Part shown: in pieces, positions 37,494-49,959 of the stretch | Layout: each line of letters opens with the position of its first letter | Position numbering within the stretch: position 1 is the stretch's first letter | Made by a program: the position numbers and the translations under genes | Assembly (NCBI RefSeq): GCF_004010195.1 | Contig: NC_057719.1 | Span: forward strand, 63,921,196 to 63,985,195 | Direction of reading: 5' to 3' | Length of the DNA stretch: 64,000 bases | Source of the DNA: Chiloscyllium plagiosum | Lineage: Eukaryota | The notes under the pieces: model-generated | What the model was told of the DNA's origin: nothing | Databases searched by the model: none | The model's input: the letters and a program-made list of their open reading frames with translations, nothing else

Positions 37494-37836
37494 TAGAATT
37501 AGAATCCCTACAGTGTAGAAACAGGCACTTCAGCCCAACAAGTCCACACCGACCCTCCAAAGAGTAACCCACCCAGACCCATTCCCTACCCTATATTTAC
37601 CCCTGACTAATGTACCTAGCCTCCACATCCCTGAACATTGGGCAATTTAGCATGGCCAATTCACCAAACCTGCACATCTTTGGATTGTGGGAGGAAACCG
37701 GAGCACCCAGAGGAAACACATGCAAACACTGGGAGAATGTGCAAACTCCACACAAGACAGTTGCCCAAGGCTAAAATCGAACACAAGTCCCTGGCACTGA
37801 GAGGCAGCAGTGCTAACCACTGAGTTATTGTGCTGA
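37494..37836 (-). mobile_element. Full-length HE1-type V-SINE
   Basis: Reverse complement of head, V domain and tail (agaattagaatccctacagtgt ... gaggcagcagtgctaaccactga). Confidence 0.92.
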
Positions 37837-39344
37837 TGATAAGTTACTGAAAAATATAAGTTTGTGGCAGATGATGTAAGGCTTATGAAATACCAAAAGT
37901 ATACTTCGAGCGTACGTTTTGGTTTACTTTGTGAGAAGAACCTGCAAAGATGTTTGTTTGTTTTGTTAAACTTTATCCTGTCAGTCAAAAGCAAATCAAG
38001 TTTTTCATGTTTCAAGTCCAAATTTTAATTGAGTTGATGCCCAAGAGTATAGTTTCCTGCAGCATCAAATTCACTGCAAAAGAATTTCCACTTCAGAGCA
38101 GGGCTCAGTTTGGCTGACTTAACTTCAAAGTAAAGTAGGTTGTGTAAAGAATGAGGCCTCCTACTAATGCAGTCTATGATTGCATAGAGTACTGATTACG
38201 ATACCTGACATTGTGGTGAGAGGCCTATTTTTAGTATACATTTGATAAACCCTTCTGAACACTTGAAATTATAATAAGCTTGCTTAAAGGTAATAAGAAT
38301 GTTGATGTCCCTGCCCTTAAAAATTTTCAAACTTGACCATTGGGAAAGAAGGTTTGCCTATGAATATAAGCATATGTAAATACCACTCTTCATGTGCGCA
38401 TATTCAAACTGAAGGGCTGCTTCAATCGAATTCATAAGCTGCTGCTGCTGCCAGTGTTTGAGCAGCAGCTACAAGTAGTCCAATGTGTAATTCTGGCAAA
38501 TTAGTCACTGTTTATTCTTTTTCTTTTTCTCTTCCCCTGTCTCTTCTCAATTTTCTTTCAATTTACAAGATGCCAGATGAAATACTAGACACAGCAAAAT
38601 GAAATTGCTTAGAGACTGCATTTACATCCTGTATTTACACCAGAACTGATCTGTCCATGTTTGCTGAGTTTGTCTTGGTATTGCTTCAAAGCTCATTAAA
38701 ACTCTCATACTTAGTTTACACTACACCACTTCAGTTAGTGTAAACTCTAAACTATCTTAGACTAGAAATAAATTTTTGTATTTTTCTCCAACAGAGATTT
38801 ATAGCATTGAAACTGTAAACTACCAATAATTACTTTCTAATATTCAGAATTAGTCTGTAACTTTTCCTAATTGAGCACTAAGTAGTTTTAAAATATTCTT
38901 CAAAACCAACATTTTGAAAATTATTTTAACTTAAGATTTTTGTCATTTAAGTTTGCAGTGATGTCCTAGAACTTTAAATATTTTTGAAGCAGTTAGTATT
39001 TCCATGTGATGTGCCAGATACTCCCCCATCCCGATCCCCCAACCTCACTTAAGACTTTTGAAGTAGAGGAAATATGTCAAAGTTGTTAACCATTTATCAG
39101 AAGTGTTAATCAAAGTTGTTTCTGAGTATGTCAGTGCATTTTCTAAGATTTCTGCTTGTTTAAATTAATCCAGAAGACACTGATCCAATCAAACTCAAGA
39201 AGTTATTAACTTTACTGTGACACAGAAGGAAAGCTTAATTTATTTTTGCCATGGTTCTAGAGCAGATATTATTTCAGGAAACCTTTTCATTTAATTAATT
39301 GTGATCAGTCTTGTAAAACAAAATATGTTGTGTCATCTCATTAA

Positions 39345-40714
39345 ATTTTGCATCAGTGTTTACTGTGGAAAAGGATATGGAAGATATAGACTGTAGGGAA
39401 CTAGATGGTGACATCTTGCAAAATGTCCAGATTACAGAGGAGGAAGTGCTGGATGTCTTGAAATGGTTAAAGGTGGATAAATCCCCAGGACCTGATCAGG
39501 TGTACCCGAGAACTCTGTAGGAAGCTAGAGAAGTGATTGCTAGGCCTCTTGCTGAGATATTTGTATCATCGATAGTCACAGGTGAGGTGCCAGAAGACTG
39601 GAGGTTGGCAAACGTGGTGCCACTGTTTAAGAAGGGTNNNNNNNNNNNNNNNNNNNNNNNNNNNNNNNNNNNNNNNNNNNNNNNNNNNNNNNNNNNNNNN
39701 NNNNNNNNNNNNNNNNNNNNNNNNNNNNNNNNNNNNNNNNNNNNNNNNNNNNNNNNNNNNNNNNNNNNNNNNNNNNNNNNNNNNNNNNNNNNNNNNNNNN
39801 NNNNNNNNNNNNNNNNNNNNNNNNNNNAAATGATTTGGATGCAAGCATAAGAGGTACAATTAGTAAGTTTGCAGATGACACCAAAATTGGAGGTGTAGTG
39901 TACAGCGAAGAGCGTTACCATAGATGACAATAGGATCTGGACCAGATGGCCCAATGGGCTGAGAAGTGGCAAATGGAGTTTAATTCAGATAAATGCGAGG
40001 TGTTGTATTTTGGGAAAGCAAATCTTAGCAGGACTTAATGGTAAGATCCTAGGGAGCATTGCTGAACAAAGAGACCTTGGAGTGCAGGTTCAGGTATGTT
40101 TTTGTTTATTGGTCAGAGTATAGAGTACAGGAGTTGGGAGGTCATGTTGCGGCTGTATAGGATATTGGTTAGGCCACTGTAGGAATATTGCTTGCAATTC
40201 TGGTCTTCTTCCTATCAGAAAGATATTGTGAAACTTGAAAGGGTTCAGAAAAGATTTACAAGGATGTTGCCAGGGTTGGAGGATCTGAGCTACAGGGAGA
40301 GGCTGAACAGGCTGGAGCTGTTTTCCCTGGGCTGAGGGTAGACCTTATAGAAGTTTAACAAAATTGAGGGGCATGGATAGGATAAATAAACCAAGTCCTT
40401 TCCCTGGGGTCGGGGAGTCCAGAACTAGAGGGCATAGGTTTAGGGTGAGAGGGGAAAGATATAAAAGGGACCCAAGGGTCAACTTTTTCACGCAGAGGGT
40501 GGTACGTGTATGGAATAAGCTGCCAGAGGATGTGGTGGAGGCTGGTACAATTGCAACATTTAAGAGGCATTTGGATGGATATATGAATAGGAAGGGTTTG
40601 GAGGGATATGGGCCGGCAGGCAGGTGGATCTAGATTGGGTTGGGATATCAGGTCGGCATGGGCGAGTTGGACCGAAGGGTCTGTTTCCATGCTGTACATG
40701 TCTATGACTCTGAC
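39345..40714 (+). mobile_element. Young 5'-truncated CR1 (HER1-like), close relative of 1-1873
   Basis: Near-identical to 116-1870 over long stretches; in-frame stop at 39518; tail ctatgactctgact. Confidence 0.95.
39638..39827. other. Assembly gap (190 N)
   Basis: Run of n. Confidence 1.
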
Positions 40715-41678
40715 TAAATTGTTGTACTTTACAATGAGCTCTGCATGTGCTGCTGAAGGTTAGTTTGAAATTTTCATGCATTTTCTTCAAGGAAATCAAA
40801 AGTAACATGCAATCTCCCATTTGGTCATTTTGCATTTTGATGTGCACTTCACAATTTCTTATCACTTACATAATTGCCATATGTCTTTTGTGTTTAGAGA
40901 CAAAAGAGTCATCAAAATGTACAAGTGTAGCATTTCAAAGTTCTCTTTTTATTAAAACCCATTGTAGCTCGCTTTTGCATTTGGTAAAGAATTCCTGAGC
41001 ATTTGGTGTATGCTGGTATTGGTCTGAAGATTCAAATGAAGCTCCTTAGATAGATAGGATTGGGTAATGTTGGTTTACAACATTAAGCTTTTACCTGTGT
41101 TTGAATTCTGTCCGGATTAACTGAATGAACCTCTTGACCTTTCCCCACACCCGCTTACTGTAGAATGTTGGATGAATGTGGTCAGCAGAATATGTCCTTT
41201 GCTAAGGCTGGGGTGTTATGAATTATTGAGAGTATGGATAAAGCTTTAAAAGATTCACATCCAATCCAATCAAATGAAAGGACAATAGAATTTTTAACAA
41301 ACCACTCGGTTCAGTAGATCGGAATATTTGCAAAGCATAATTATGAGCATTTTGTTTTCATCTGAAGTTTGTGTATTTGAATAATTTACATGATGCAAGT
41401 ATTGAATTTTTCAAATTTGTATCCACTTTTTTTTCCCTCCACTCATCTGTCTTGAACTGGTTAGTATTAATACAGCAAAATAGATCACTGAATCATAGAT
41501 CAGTCAGTTAGAGGGAGCTGATGGCCTAATGTATTTTTGTTGGACTCTTAATCCAGAGACCCAGGTTCAATTCCCACCACTAGTGGGAATTCAATTATGA
41601 ATAAGACAACTTGCTAAAAATGGATTCTTTGGATATGGAGTACATGTATTCTACAGCTCTGTTTACTGCCTGATGTAG

Positions 41679-41991
41679 TACATTACAACGCAGTACAGGC
41701 CCTTTGGCCCTCGATGTTGTGCCGACTTGTGAAACTAATCTGATGCCCATCTAACCTACACAGTTCTATTATTATCTAGACAGGCCATTCCATGCCCCTA
41801 CTATTCTGAGTAAAGAAACTACCCTGATATCTGTTCTAAATCTTTCACCCCTCAATTTAAAGCTATGTCCCCTCACGCTAGCCTTAACCATCCAAGGAAA
41901 AAGGCTCTCACTGTCCACCCTCTCTAACCCTCTGATTATCTTGTACGTCTCGATTTAAGTCACCTCTCAACCTTCTTCCCTCCAACGAAAA
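41679..41991 (-). mobile_element. CR1 3' fragment
   Basis: Minus ORF FSLEGRRLRGDL; end cagtacaggccctttggccctcgatgttg shared with 32218-32481. Confidence 0.85.
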
Positions 41992-42021
41992 GCTGCTGAT
42001 GAAAATAAAAAAACAACTTTT

Positions 42022-42335
42022 GGGGCAGCACAGTGGCTCAGTGGTTAGCAGTGCTGCCTCACAGCACCAGGGTCCCAGGTTTGATTCCAGCCTCTGGCGA
42101 CTGTGTGGAGTTTGCACATTCTCCCCGTGTCTGCATGGGTTTCCTCCGGGTGCTCTGGTTTCCTCCCATAACCCAAAGGTGTGCAGGTCAGGTGAATTTG
42201 CTGTGCTAAATTGCCCGTAGTGTTAGGTACATAAGTCAGAGGAAAATGTGTCTGGGTGGGTTACTCTTCGAAGGATCGGTGTGGACTTGTTCGGGCCGAA
42301 GGGCCTGTTTCCACACTGCAGGGAATCTAATCTAA
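42022..42335 (+). mobile_element. Full-length HE1-type V-SINE
   Basis: ggggcagcacagtggctcagtggttagca head, V domain, tail gggccgaagggcctgtttccacactgcagggaatctaatctaa. Confidence 0.92.
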
Positions 42336-42491
42336 GTAAACCAAAAATATGTGCTTGCATAAACAAATCTAAATTTCTCAGTAATTTTCATTCTTCTCTT
42401 CAGTTTGTTGTTAAGGGCAAGAATGTAACATCTCAATGTTTTGAGAAGTAGTTCATTTCTTATACAACTTGGAGATAGTGAGTTTTGTAGA

Positions 42492-43357
42492 TGTTGGAAA
42501 GTCAAGAGTTGATAGTGTGGTGCTGCCATTTTCGCCACCTGCAGTCTGACCCCACCACGAAAGAGATTATTTTCTTCCCCAACTCTACCTGCTTTATGTA
42601 GGAATCATTGCCTTTGTGACTTCCTTGTTAGGTCCATGCTCCCCACCAACCTCTCCTCCACACCTGGCACCTTTCCCTGTGGCCACAGGAGGTACACCAC
42701 GTCTTTCCCCCCCCAACCTCTGTCCAAGGCCCCAAAGAATCATTCCAAGTCTGGTAGAGATTCACCTGTCTTTCCTTTAACCTGATTTACTACATCCAGT
42801 ACTCCCGATGTGGCCTCCTATACATTGGGGTTACAGAGCACCAACTCTGATCAGTTCATGTAACATCTCCAATTAATCCCACCTCCCAGTTGCCATTCAT
42901 TTCAACTCTTTTACCCCCCCACCGCCCCACCCCACACTCCCCCCAATGATATGTCCATCCTGGGCTTCCTCTGCTGTCAAAATAAGTCCAGATACAAACT
43001 GGAGGAAAAGCACCTCATCATATGCCTTGGGAGCTCATAACCTTATGGTCTCAACGTAGAATTCGCCACCTTCAAAACACCCCACCTCATCCCAGTTCCA
43101 GCCCCACCCTCCCTGACCCAAACTGTCCATCTTCCTTCTCACCTATCTGTTGCACCCTTCCCACTGACAAATCGCAATAACCTCCCTGCAAATACCTATT
43201 GCCATCCCACCTACCTTTCTCCCAGTCCCACCCTCCCCCCTCTATTTTTCAGCCCCTTTTCCTTTCCCAATCCTGATGAAAGGTCCTCCCCAAAATGTGG
43301 ACTCTCCTGTTCCTCTGCTGCTTGACCTGCTGTGCATTTTTTCACCTCCACATTCAT
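42492..43357 (+). mobile_element. Penelope-like (Neptune-type) 3' fragment with short inverted pLTR piece at its 5' end
   Basis: 42769-42830 translates FTCLSFNLIYYIQYSRCGLLYIG (GIY-YIG); decayed hammerhead ctgatgaaaggtcctccccaaaatgtgg at 43273; gatagtgtggtgctg at ~42510 is inverted pLTR. Confidence 0.85.
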
Positions 43358-44874
43358 CAAATCATTTCTTATACAATCGATTACACAACATTATTTTGGG
43401 AGAAGTATTTGGCTCAGTGTGTAAATATTCCAAATTAGTCCTGCTCAGTTGTATATGAACAGTTGCACATGTAAAAAGTTAAAGCATTTAATTTTAAGTC
43501 ACTAGAATACATCTACCAAATAAATGATTTCATTTTTGACTTGGACATTTCAAATGCAGAATTAATATCTATTAATTTTTAAAAATAACTTTCATGTCTG
43601 CCTTGAGAGGACACCTGTGATCACTGCAACAGATTTAAATTAGATTAATGGTGAAGACTCGAAGAAACACTTTGTATATTGCAAATGAATATTCTGTCAG
43701 TTGTCTGAATCTTAGACATATTTGGATGTCACTGATCACGCCTTATAACAGAATCATGTTGCTGAGCATTTCCACAGCTTTGTGGTCCTGGCTATCTAGT
43801 GTGATTTGAGGTTAGAGCAAGTTGAAGTTACAAAAATGATTTTTGACCCTATTTGGCATTTGTTGGAATATGTTGCTTTAAAAGGGGAGGTTATTTCTCC
43901 ATTCCTCCTCCTCTTTTTTTTTTTTACCCCTCAAAGTTTTGAGTTTGATAATGCACTAAATTGTACTTTCATAGGTATGGCAGTACTGCGCACAGGTGAC
44001 CATTCTCTCTGTCATGGTCAATGATGCCAGGCTATTTGTTGTATTGAGCATTGCATTTGAGCTGAAACCTATTTTCATCTGAGAAATGCACACATTAATT
44101 TTTAATCACATACACACAAATGTAGAAATTGTTGCAAATTTTGCATACATTCTTCTCTGCCTTAATCTAGGGAGCAATTGGTACACTGTTCCAGTTAATT
44201 CAGTTTAGACCGGGGTCAACTGGATCTTTTATAGGCTTGTTATCTCACAAACTGTTCAGCTAACAAAGCTTTGGAGTGAGATGCTTTGAAAGATAATTTT
44301 GAGATTTCCTTAAATCTAATAATGAGCAAAACTTTAAATCTTGGATTAATATCAGCACTGTGATACAAAAATAACGAATGATAACATTCCCTGAATTTGC
44401 AGATCAGCCAATTATTATTCCTAAACTGTTTTGTTTAGTGTTTTCACATTGAATGATTAATATGTTAAACCTGAAAACCTGCAAAAATGTTAGATTAGAA
44501 ACAATAGAGATGCATCCCCAAAGCACACTGCCATCACTAGTACTGTTAGAACAGTGATGTCTACTGAAACTTTGATCTTCTATAGAACTGCACAGTTCTG
44601 CACAAGAGCTGATTGATTTACGACTCAAAAGATGCCTGTTGTCTTTGTCACATACTTCAGTTTTCATTTGCATTTTAATTTCATTTTTAATGAGAATGTA
44701 CTAGTAATTTTAGCAGGTGTGAATGAAGATTTGATTGTGATGCAATGTGGAATTTAAATGCAATCTACACCGATGAGGTGAAAGTTGTCCCTGCCTGTTG
44801 ATCATAGATATTTTTAGTCAACCCATTCAGCCAAGTTACGGCACACTTCTGGCACAAGTGGGACTGACGTTGCA

Positions 44875-45282
44875 GATTTGAATTTGCAGGTACATTCTAT
44901 TTTGTTCAAAAAGCACACAATCTATGGCATTTTATAAATTCCTACTTTGGACATAAAGCCAGCCTGGCTCAAGGATGTGATACAAGCAGACTTGAAATAT
45001 GGCCTCACACTTAAAATGTGTTGTTTGACCTAATTTGTCACCTTTATTCTGATAAAACCTGAAGTTATCTTGGGGCAGGGATTTACATTTTAGTCAATCA
45101 AAACCTGCACCTACATTCTAACTGGTTAAAGACTTTATAGCCATCTACATTTGTTCAATACATATAAGTCTTTAATCACCTCTGAAAACTTGCAGTTTCA
45201 AATAAACCTGTTTGACTAATAATCTGGTGTTGTGTGATTTTTTGACTTTGTCCTCCCCAACCCAACCCTGGGACCTCCACTT
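44875..45282 (+). mobile_element. Penelope-like remnant, family of 9264-9737
   Basis: atttgcaggtacattctattttgttcaaaaag and aaataaacctgtttgactaataatctggtgttgtgtgatttttgactttg. Confidence 0.65.
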
Positions 45283-46411
45283 CTGAGATTAAGTAGGGGC
45301 AAATATAATGTTTGCTTTAGACATCCATGCATACTCTGATGAGAACGCTAAGCCATGTGAGACTCTTAAGAGTAGAATTACATAAAACTTTGAAACATTT
45401 TTAATGTTGGTCCTACTACAATATTCATACAATGCTCCATTGTTTCTGTACCTGGGCTTCGATCAATCTTGGATCAACATGGCAACTGTGTATTGCAGAA
45501 GCAAGCACTTGTTTTGGCTCCTGAAGTCAGTATAATTGCAATCATTGAGAATAAAATTTCTTTATTTTAACAATAAAATACCAGTATTTGATGGTAAAAT
45601 GGAGTGTTTCCACACAGATATCTTTCAATCTCAATATTGATATCTTTTAGTTTGGAAAAAAGAGTAAAAGAAAGACATGAAAGTAATTTGTTTCCCACAG
45701 TATACACATCATTATTTACAAAATAATGGACATCCAAGAGGCAACATCTTTAGCTGTCTACATTTTTTCCTGCAATGAAGATGTTATTGAATGTGCTTTC
45801 ACATTTAGTGTCAAACAAAGACAACCTGTTTGGGAAATTATGCACTATCTTGTTTTACTTTGCATTCTGAATGAACAATTTGTTCAAACTGGGTGTAATG
45901 TATTTTTTAACTGGTGGCAATTGCTATATGTGCTAATAATGTAATTGCTTAGCTTTCACTTGCGAGTTGTGAATGTTTGAAGTACTTGTTGACTGCTGAG
46001 AGTTGCATGATAAACCTTGAGCGATGGCTGAATTTGTGAAGTTACGAGGTAACGAAATTATAGAAGCAAACATATCCCCATTCATAGTCTGGGCTCTAAC
46101 TCGTGTCAGAGTTTGAAATGCAGAATTTATAATGTCTTGAAAAAGTTTATTACATTAAGATCCAGTTTAAAAGCAAATCCTATTTTTTTAACAAACTGCA
46201 CAAGTGTAATAATTTTTATGATAAAAGCAGTTTTAAAGTGTGCATACAATTTACAAGATGCTGATGTGTTTGGCTGTGAAAAAAACTGTACCAATTTGAG
46301 ATTAACATTACTCTTATGCCCTTTTTAGTATTCTTGGTACACCTTACTGGTTATAATATTTGAAATTGAACTGCAACTTAGCAATAGTGAAGACTGCTGG
46401 AAACTCAGTTG

Positions 46412-46544
46412 ATAGAATGTGGAGCTAGAAAAATGACAGCAGATCAAGCAGCATCAGAAAAGCAGAGTCGACACTTTCTGCCCAAAACATCGACTTTTCT
46501 GATGCTGCTTGACCGGTTGTCCTTTTTCAAGCTCCAAATTGTAT
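46412..46544. mobile_element. Fold-back (head-to-head) Penelope pLTR remnant
   Basis: tcaagcagcatcagaaaag (46444-46462) and cttttctgatgctgcttga (46494-46512) are exact reverse complements; pairing extends outward with mismatches. Confidence 0.75.
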
Positions 46545-47489
46545 AGAAATTGAACTGCAATCCAAGATTACAAACAAACACATTTTCCAAGGCATGCGGC
46601 GCATTTCTTACTGTGGCAATAATTACTGGAGTGGTATCATTTTTTAAAGCTTGAGGAAAATACGACTGCTCTCCAATAGAGATATCTAACTGAGCTAGCT
46701 GTTCAACTGAAGTGCATATACTGTCTGAACATAAATTATTTTGATTCCCTGTTTGCAGAGCTGTTTTTAACGGTGACATATGATTCATTTGAAGACTAAC
46801 TGATTGTCACCCAATCAGTAATTAGTACAAGTCTCTCTCTATTTAGTGATGGACATGAATAGAACAGATGCTTTGAATGTCATGCTTTATTGGCATCATT
46901 CAGTATGGATTCTTATGACTTGGTATTACTCATCCAAAGCAATATATACAGGATTTGTGGTTTTATTTTAAGGAAAACAATGTTTCTGCATTTTAGCAGG
47001 GTGAAAGCAAAGCCTAAACCAATGTGAGACTAAAAAGTAAAATCAACTCTCTCTTTTGTCTGGTGGTAGTTTTTTGGTGTTAAATCAGGACATGTTGTTA
47101 GCTGACAAAACTATTACCATAGAAACGAGAGTCTCGTTCCTCGGAATGCTAATCCTGACTAAGTGAAGAATTCCAGCTACACTGGAAGGCTGAAGGAAGA
47201 GTTTGTATAAAGATTCTAGAAAATTTGAAGGAGAGGAAAGAAATTGTAATTGAAGAGAAAAAAAAGTTAAATTCTACATGCAGAGTATAATTTGAGTGCT
47301 GATAATTGTGCTATAGTAATGAGTTTAAAAGTGGTGATGCAATTTTCACAAATAGATGATGATTCCTACATCCACGTGCATTGAAAAGAATTAGAATAAC
47401 AATGCATGATTTTATATTTTTGAACAAGTAACCTTTGTCCTCTTAGCCATTTTCATACACTTTGAAATCCATTTTTTTTAAGAAAAGTT

Positions 47490-47892
47490 TGCATGTCACA
47501 ACCTCTGGATATTTCAAAGCACTTTGCAACCAGTGAAATATTTTTAATGTGTAGTCATTGTGAGAGCGTAAGAAACATGGGAATAACTTTGTGCACACCA
47601 AACTCCAGCAGGGAATAACATGTTGCCAGTGACCAGATAATCTGCTTTTGTTCTGTAGACTGAGAAACTTTTGGCCTGTAAACACTGCTGATAACTTGAA
47701 TACAATTCCTCTTGGAATCGTTCTTCTTCATCTAAGAATGCAGATGGGCTTGGCTTGATGTCTCACCTAAAAATTGCTCCAGCAGTGCAACGTCCCTTCA
47801 GTTTCAGCCTTGACTTCTGCGTGCAATTCTTAGAGCGGGACAGGAACTTGAAACCTTTGCCTCCGAGATGGAAGTTTTGCAGTTGAGTGGCA
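47490..47892 (-). mobile_element. Deu-domain SINE, near full length, old
   Basis: caacctctggatatttcaaagcactttgcaaccagtgaa...gaccagataatctg...gcagatgggcttggcttgatgtctcacc...gaacttgaaacc, colinear with 16835-17134. Confidence 0.65.
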
Positions 47893-48094
47893 TTAATCAT
47901 AATCAAAATTTTTTTTAAGGTATTATATTGGGACTGCTTATTGGATCTATGTTTGTTTGGCCCTGATGGTCATGAAATCTGATGGGGTCCCCTTGAAATG
48001 GTTTTAGTGGGCTTTCTTGGCTTTATGACCTGTGGAGGAGGTAACCATTGTCTCAATAAAATCCTAACCAGAAAATTATTTTGCTGGTGGGCCA

Positions 48095-48385
48095 GAATAG
48101 GACAATGAGCTACTAACCTTTAACACTAAATCCAGATATTTCAGGAGAAAAGTTGGAAAACACTTCATTCAAAGGGTAGTAGAAATGCGGAAAATTCTCC
48201 TGCAAAACACTGGTGAAGCTAATTCAGTTAATTTTAAATCTCAATTTGATTACATTTTGCCAAGGGCTTTAAAGAATTGGAAAGCAAAGTGAGTATAAGA
48301 TGTTAGGATGTAGATCAGTCACAATCTTTTATTGAACAAGTGTTGCAGGCTTAACGTCCTGAAAAGTCTACTCCTGTTACAGTAC
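48095..48385 (+). mobile_element. Old CR1 3' end
   Basis: atttcaggagaaaagttggaaaacacttcattcaaagggtagtagaaatgcgg; agtctactcctgtt terminus. Confidence 0.6.
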
Positions 48386-48702
48386 TGAAAGGTCAGAGCT
48401 TGGACTGTGCTAGAAAAGCTAATAAGCCAAAGCAGCTTGTGGTATTGAATATCAAATTGAAGGTGATTCATTCTTTCCTGTAAGTATGAAATGAGAAATA
48501 TTTAGGCTTCCCATTCTTCTTCACTTACAGCTCAGCACGGTATTTTTCATCAATTCTGAATGTTAACATTCACGTCTTCCCTGAAAACAAACATAGAAAT
48601 ATTATGACAGAGGCTTTGCAACCCATTGTGTTTGTGGCAGCCAGAACAGGAGAAAAAAATACTAACTATGCATTCTAATCCCACCTCCCAGCAACTGATG
48701 TT

Positions 48703-49946
48703 CATAAATTCACCAGACACAGGAGCAGAATTAGGCCATTTGAGTTTGCTCCACTATTCGATCATGGTTGATATGCTCCTCACCCTGATTTTTCTGCCTT
48801 CTCCCTGTGATCCTTCAACTCATTGTCAATTAAAAATCCGTCTAACTCCTCAAACTTACTCACCGTTCCAGCATCCACCACACTTGGAGTAGTGAATTAC
48901 ACGGATTCACAATCATTTGGGAGAAGTAGTTTCTCCTCAACTCTGTTTTAAATTGCTACTCCTTATCCTAAGACTGTGACCTAAATTGCCCAAGAGGAAG
49001 CATCCGTAGCATGCCCATTTTATCCATATCTTTTATTATCTTGAATACTTAAATTTGATCTCCCCTCATTCTTCTAAATTCCGCAGAATATAGGCCGAAA
49101 CTGTTCAGTCTCTCTCCATATTATAAACTTCTCATATCTGGGATCAATCTAGTGAACCTCCTCTGAACTGCCTCCAATGCCATTACATCTTTCCTCAAAT
49201 AAGGGGACCAAAACCGTGTACAGTACTCTAGGTGCAGTCTCACCAATGCCTTGTACAGTTACAACAATGCTTACTTAGGTTTTTATTCTACCCTTTAGTT
49301 ATAAATGCCAACATTCCATTTGCTTTCTTTATTATTTGCTGTACCTACATGCTAGTTTTCTGTGACTCATGATCAAGGACACCCTGATCCCTCTGCACCA
49401 GAGCACCCTTGAGTCTCTCTCCATTTAGATAATTGGTCTCCTTCCTCATTTTTTTTTGACCAAAATGCATGACCTCACACTTATCCATGTTAAACTCCAT
49501 CTGCCACCTTTTTGCTCACTCTCCTAATCTATCTCTATCCATTTATGAGGTTCTTATTTCCTTTTTGCAATTTACTGTTCTACCTATTTTTGTCATCTGT
49601 AAATTTTGGCTATTGAGCCTTCTGTATCCAAGTCATTAATGTAGATTATAAAGAGCTGGGTCCAAGGAACAAATCCTGTGGCACCCCACCAGTTACAACT
49701 TGCCACCCAGAAGAAAACATTTATCCCAACTCTGTCTCCTCTCCATCAGCCAGTCATCTATCCAAGCTAATAAATAACCCTTAATCCCAAATGATCCAAC
49801 CTTGTGAGTTAACCTTTTGGGCGGCACCTAATCAAATGCCTTCCAGGAGACTAGGTATATTACATCTACAGGATCCCCATAATCCACTTTGCTTGTTACA
49901 TCATCAATGAACTCTAGCAAGTTAGTCAAACACTATTTTGCCTTTT
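48703..49946 (-). mobile_element. CR1 LINE (RT C-terminus and 3' UTR)
   Basis: Minus strand includes aaggcattggtgagactgcacctagagtactgtacacggttttggtcccct ([10 protein letters not shown]) and ggggtgccacaggatttgttccttggacc. Confidence 0.9.
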
Positions 49947-49959
49947 GGAATAATAATAC

